Shown: piece after piece, positions 5,417 through 5,808 of the stretch | Layout of the letters: each line of letters opens with the position of its first letter | How positions within the stretch are numbered: position 1 is the first letter of the stretch | NCBI GenBank assembly: GCA_964522265.1 | Contig: CAZFVS010000009.1 | Location: 1 to 5,808 of the forward strand | Length of the DNA stretch: 5,808 nt | Direction of reading: 5' to 3' | DNA from: an uncultured Gammaproteobacteria bacterium | Lineage (GTDB): Bacteria; Patescibacteriota; Microgenomatia; Daviesbacterales; UBA10151 | The notes under the pieces: model-generated | Seen by the model: only the letters and a program-made list of their open reading frames with translations | What the model was told of the DNA's origin: nothing | Databases searched by the model: none | Made by a program: the position numbers and the translations under genes

Positions 5417-5808
5417 TAAATCCAAGCACGATTATTGATGAGGGTGAACCTATAAGTGAGATACGTCTTTTGAAAAAGAAAGCCATTACCGGTTTGGCAG
5501 CCTTCGGTATAAGACGGATTTTAATCCAGATAATTCAAACCGGCTCGAATATAATACTGGCCAGGATATTAATACCCCAAGATTTTGGTTCATTCATCCT
5601 GGTTATGTTACTTATTAATATATTTACTCTGGTTTCAGATATTGGGCTGAGCAATGCATTAATTCAACACGATAAAGCGCCTGATGATAAACAGCTCCAA
5701 AGTATTTTTTCAGTACAATTTTTATTGGGACTTCTTGCAACAGGGTTGATAGTTTTATCAGCGCCAATTTTCAACATTTTTTTTAATAACCAATTAGGCA
5801 CAAACGGG
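5413..5808 (+). CDS. MOP-superfamily oligosaccharide/polysaccharide flippase (Wzx-like), 5' partial, 132 codons, continuing past the window edge
   Basis: This ORF is not in the supplied track because it has no stop in the window. ATG 5413-5415 overlaps the GT4 TGA (5414-5416) as ATGA, and the frame stays open to 5808. The translation is MINPSTIIDEGEPISEIRLLKKKAITGLAAFGIRRILIQIIQTGSNIILARILIPQDFGSFILVMLLINIFTLVSDIGLSNALIQHDK.... This is the characteristic N-terminus of the Polysacc_synt / Polysacc_synt_3 families (ARxLxPxDFG followed by DxGLxxALIQ), with successive TM helices. Confidence 0.85.
   Translation, partial: MINPSTIIDEGEPISEIRLLKKKAITGLAAFGIRRILIQIIQTGSNIILARILIPQDFGSFILVMLLINIFTLVSDIGLSNALIQHDKAPDDKQLQSIFSVQFLLGLLATGLIVLSAPIFNIFFNNQLGTNG

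Noticed and set aside
1-5808. Alternative genetic code (TGA recoded, as in some candidate-phyla bacteria)
   Set aside because: TGA cleanly terminates three ORFs (291-293, 3355-3357, 5414-5416), each followed immediately by the next gene start. TAA and TAG terminate the others. The standard code 11 tiles the window without gaps.
1-5808. A defence system, toxin-antitoxin pair, mobile element, CRISPR array, or tRNA/ncRNA gene
   Set aside because: I saw no Walker A (GxxxxGK[ST]), nuclease, integrase or transposase motifs in any supported frame. There are no terminal inverted repeats or spaced direct repeats. Non-coding gaps are 80, 50, 7 and 12 nt, too short for an RNA gene or array. Every sizeable ORF has a glycan-biosynthesis signature.

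Overview
The window holds one co-directional, tightly packed gene cluster, all on the + strand, that reads as a surface-glycan or glycoconjugate assembly locus from a low-GC prokaryote. I cannot assign a lineage from sequence alone. In order, the genes are: (1) a 70-aa Cys/His-rich ORF; (2) a 691-aa polytopic membrane protein with about 11 N-terminal TM helices, a roughly 250-aa extracytoplasmic domain and a final TM anchor, which looks like a GT-C enzyme of the YfhO/PTPS-related type; (3) a 312-aa class I SAM-dependent methyltransferase with an unassigned N-terminal region of about 135 aa; (4) a 297-aa GT2 glycosyltransferase; (5) a 381-aa GT4 glycosyltransferase with an E-x7-E motif; (6) the first 132 codons of a MOP/Wzx-type flippase. 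The flippase runs off the 3' edge and is missing from the supplied ORF track. Gene junctions are 50 nt, a 1-nt overlap (TAATG), 7 nt, 12 nt and a 4-nt overlap (ATGA), so this is probably a single operon. I saw no tRNA, rRNA, CRISPR array, IS element or long repeat, and the intergenic space is too small to hold one. No defence-, toxin- or nuclease-like system is visible. The points most worth a second look are the ZAS-like small protein at the head of the operon, the unassigned GT-C enzyme leading a cluster with a Wzx flippase but no visible initiating transferase or polymerase, and the markedly AT-rich methyltransferase gene with two in-phase A8 tracts. All functional calls rest on motifs I recognised by eye and need HMM or structure confirmation.
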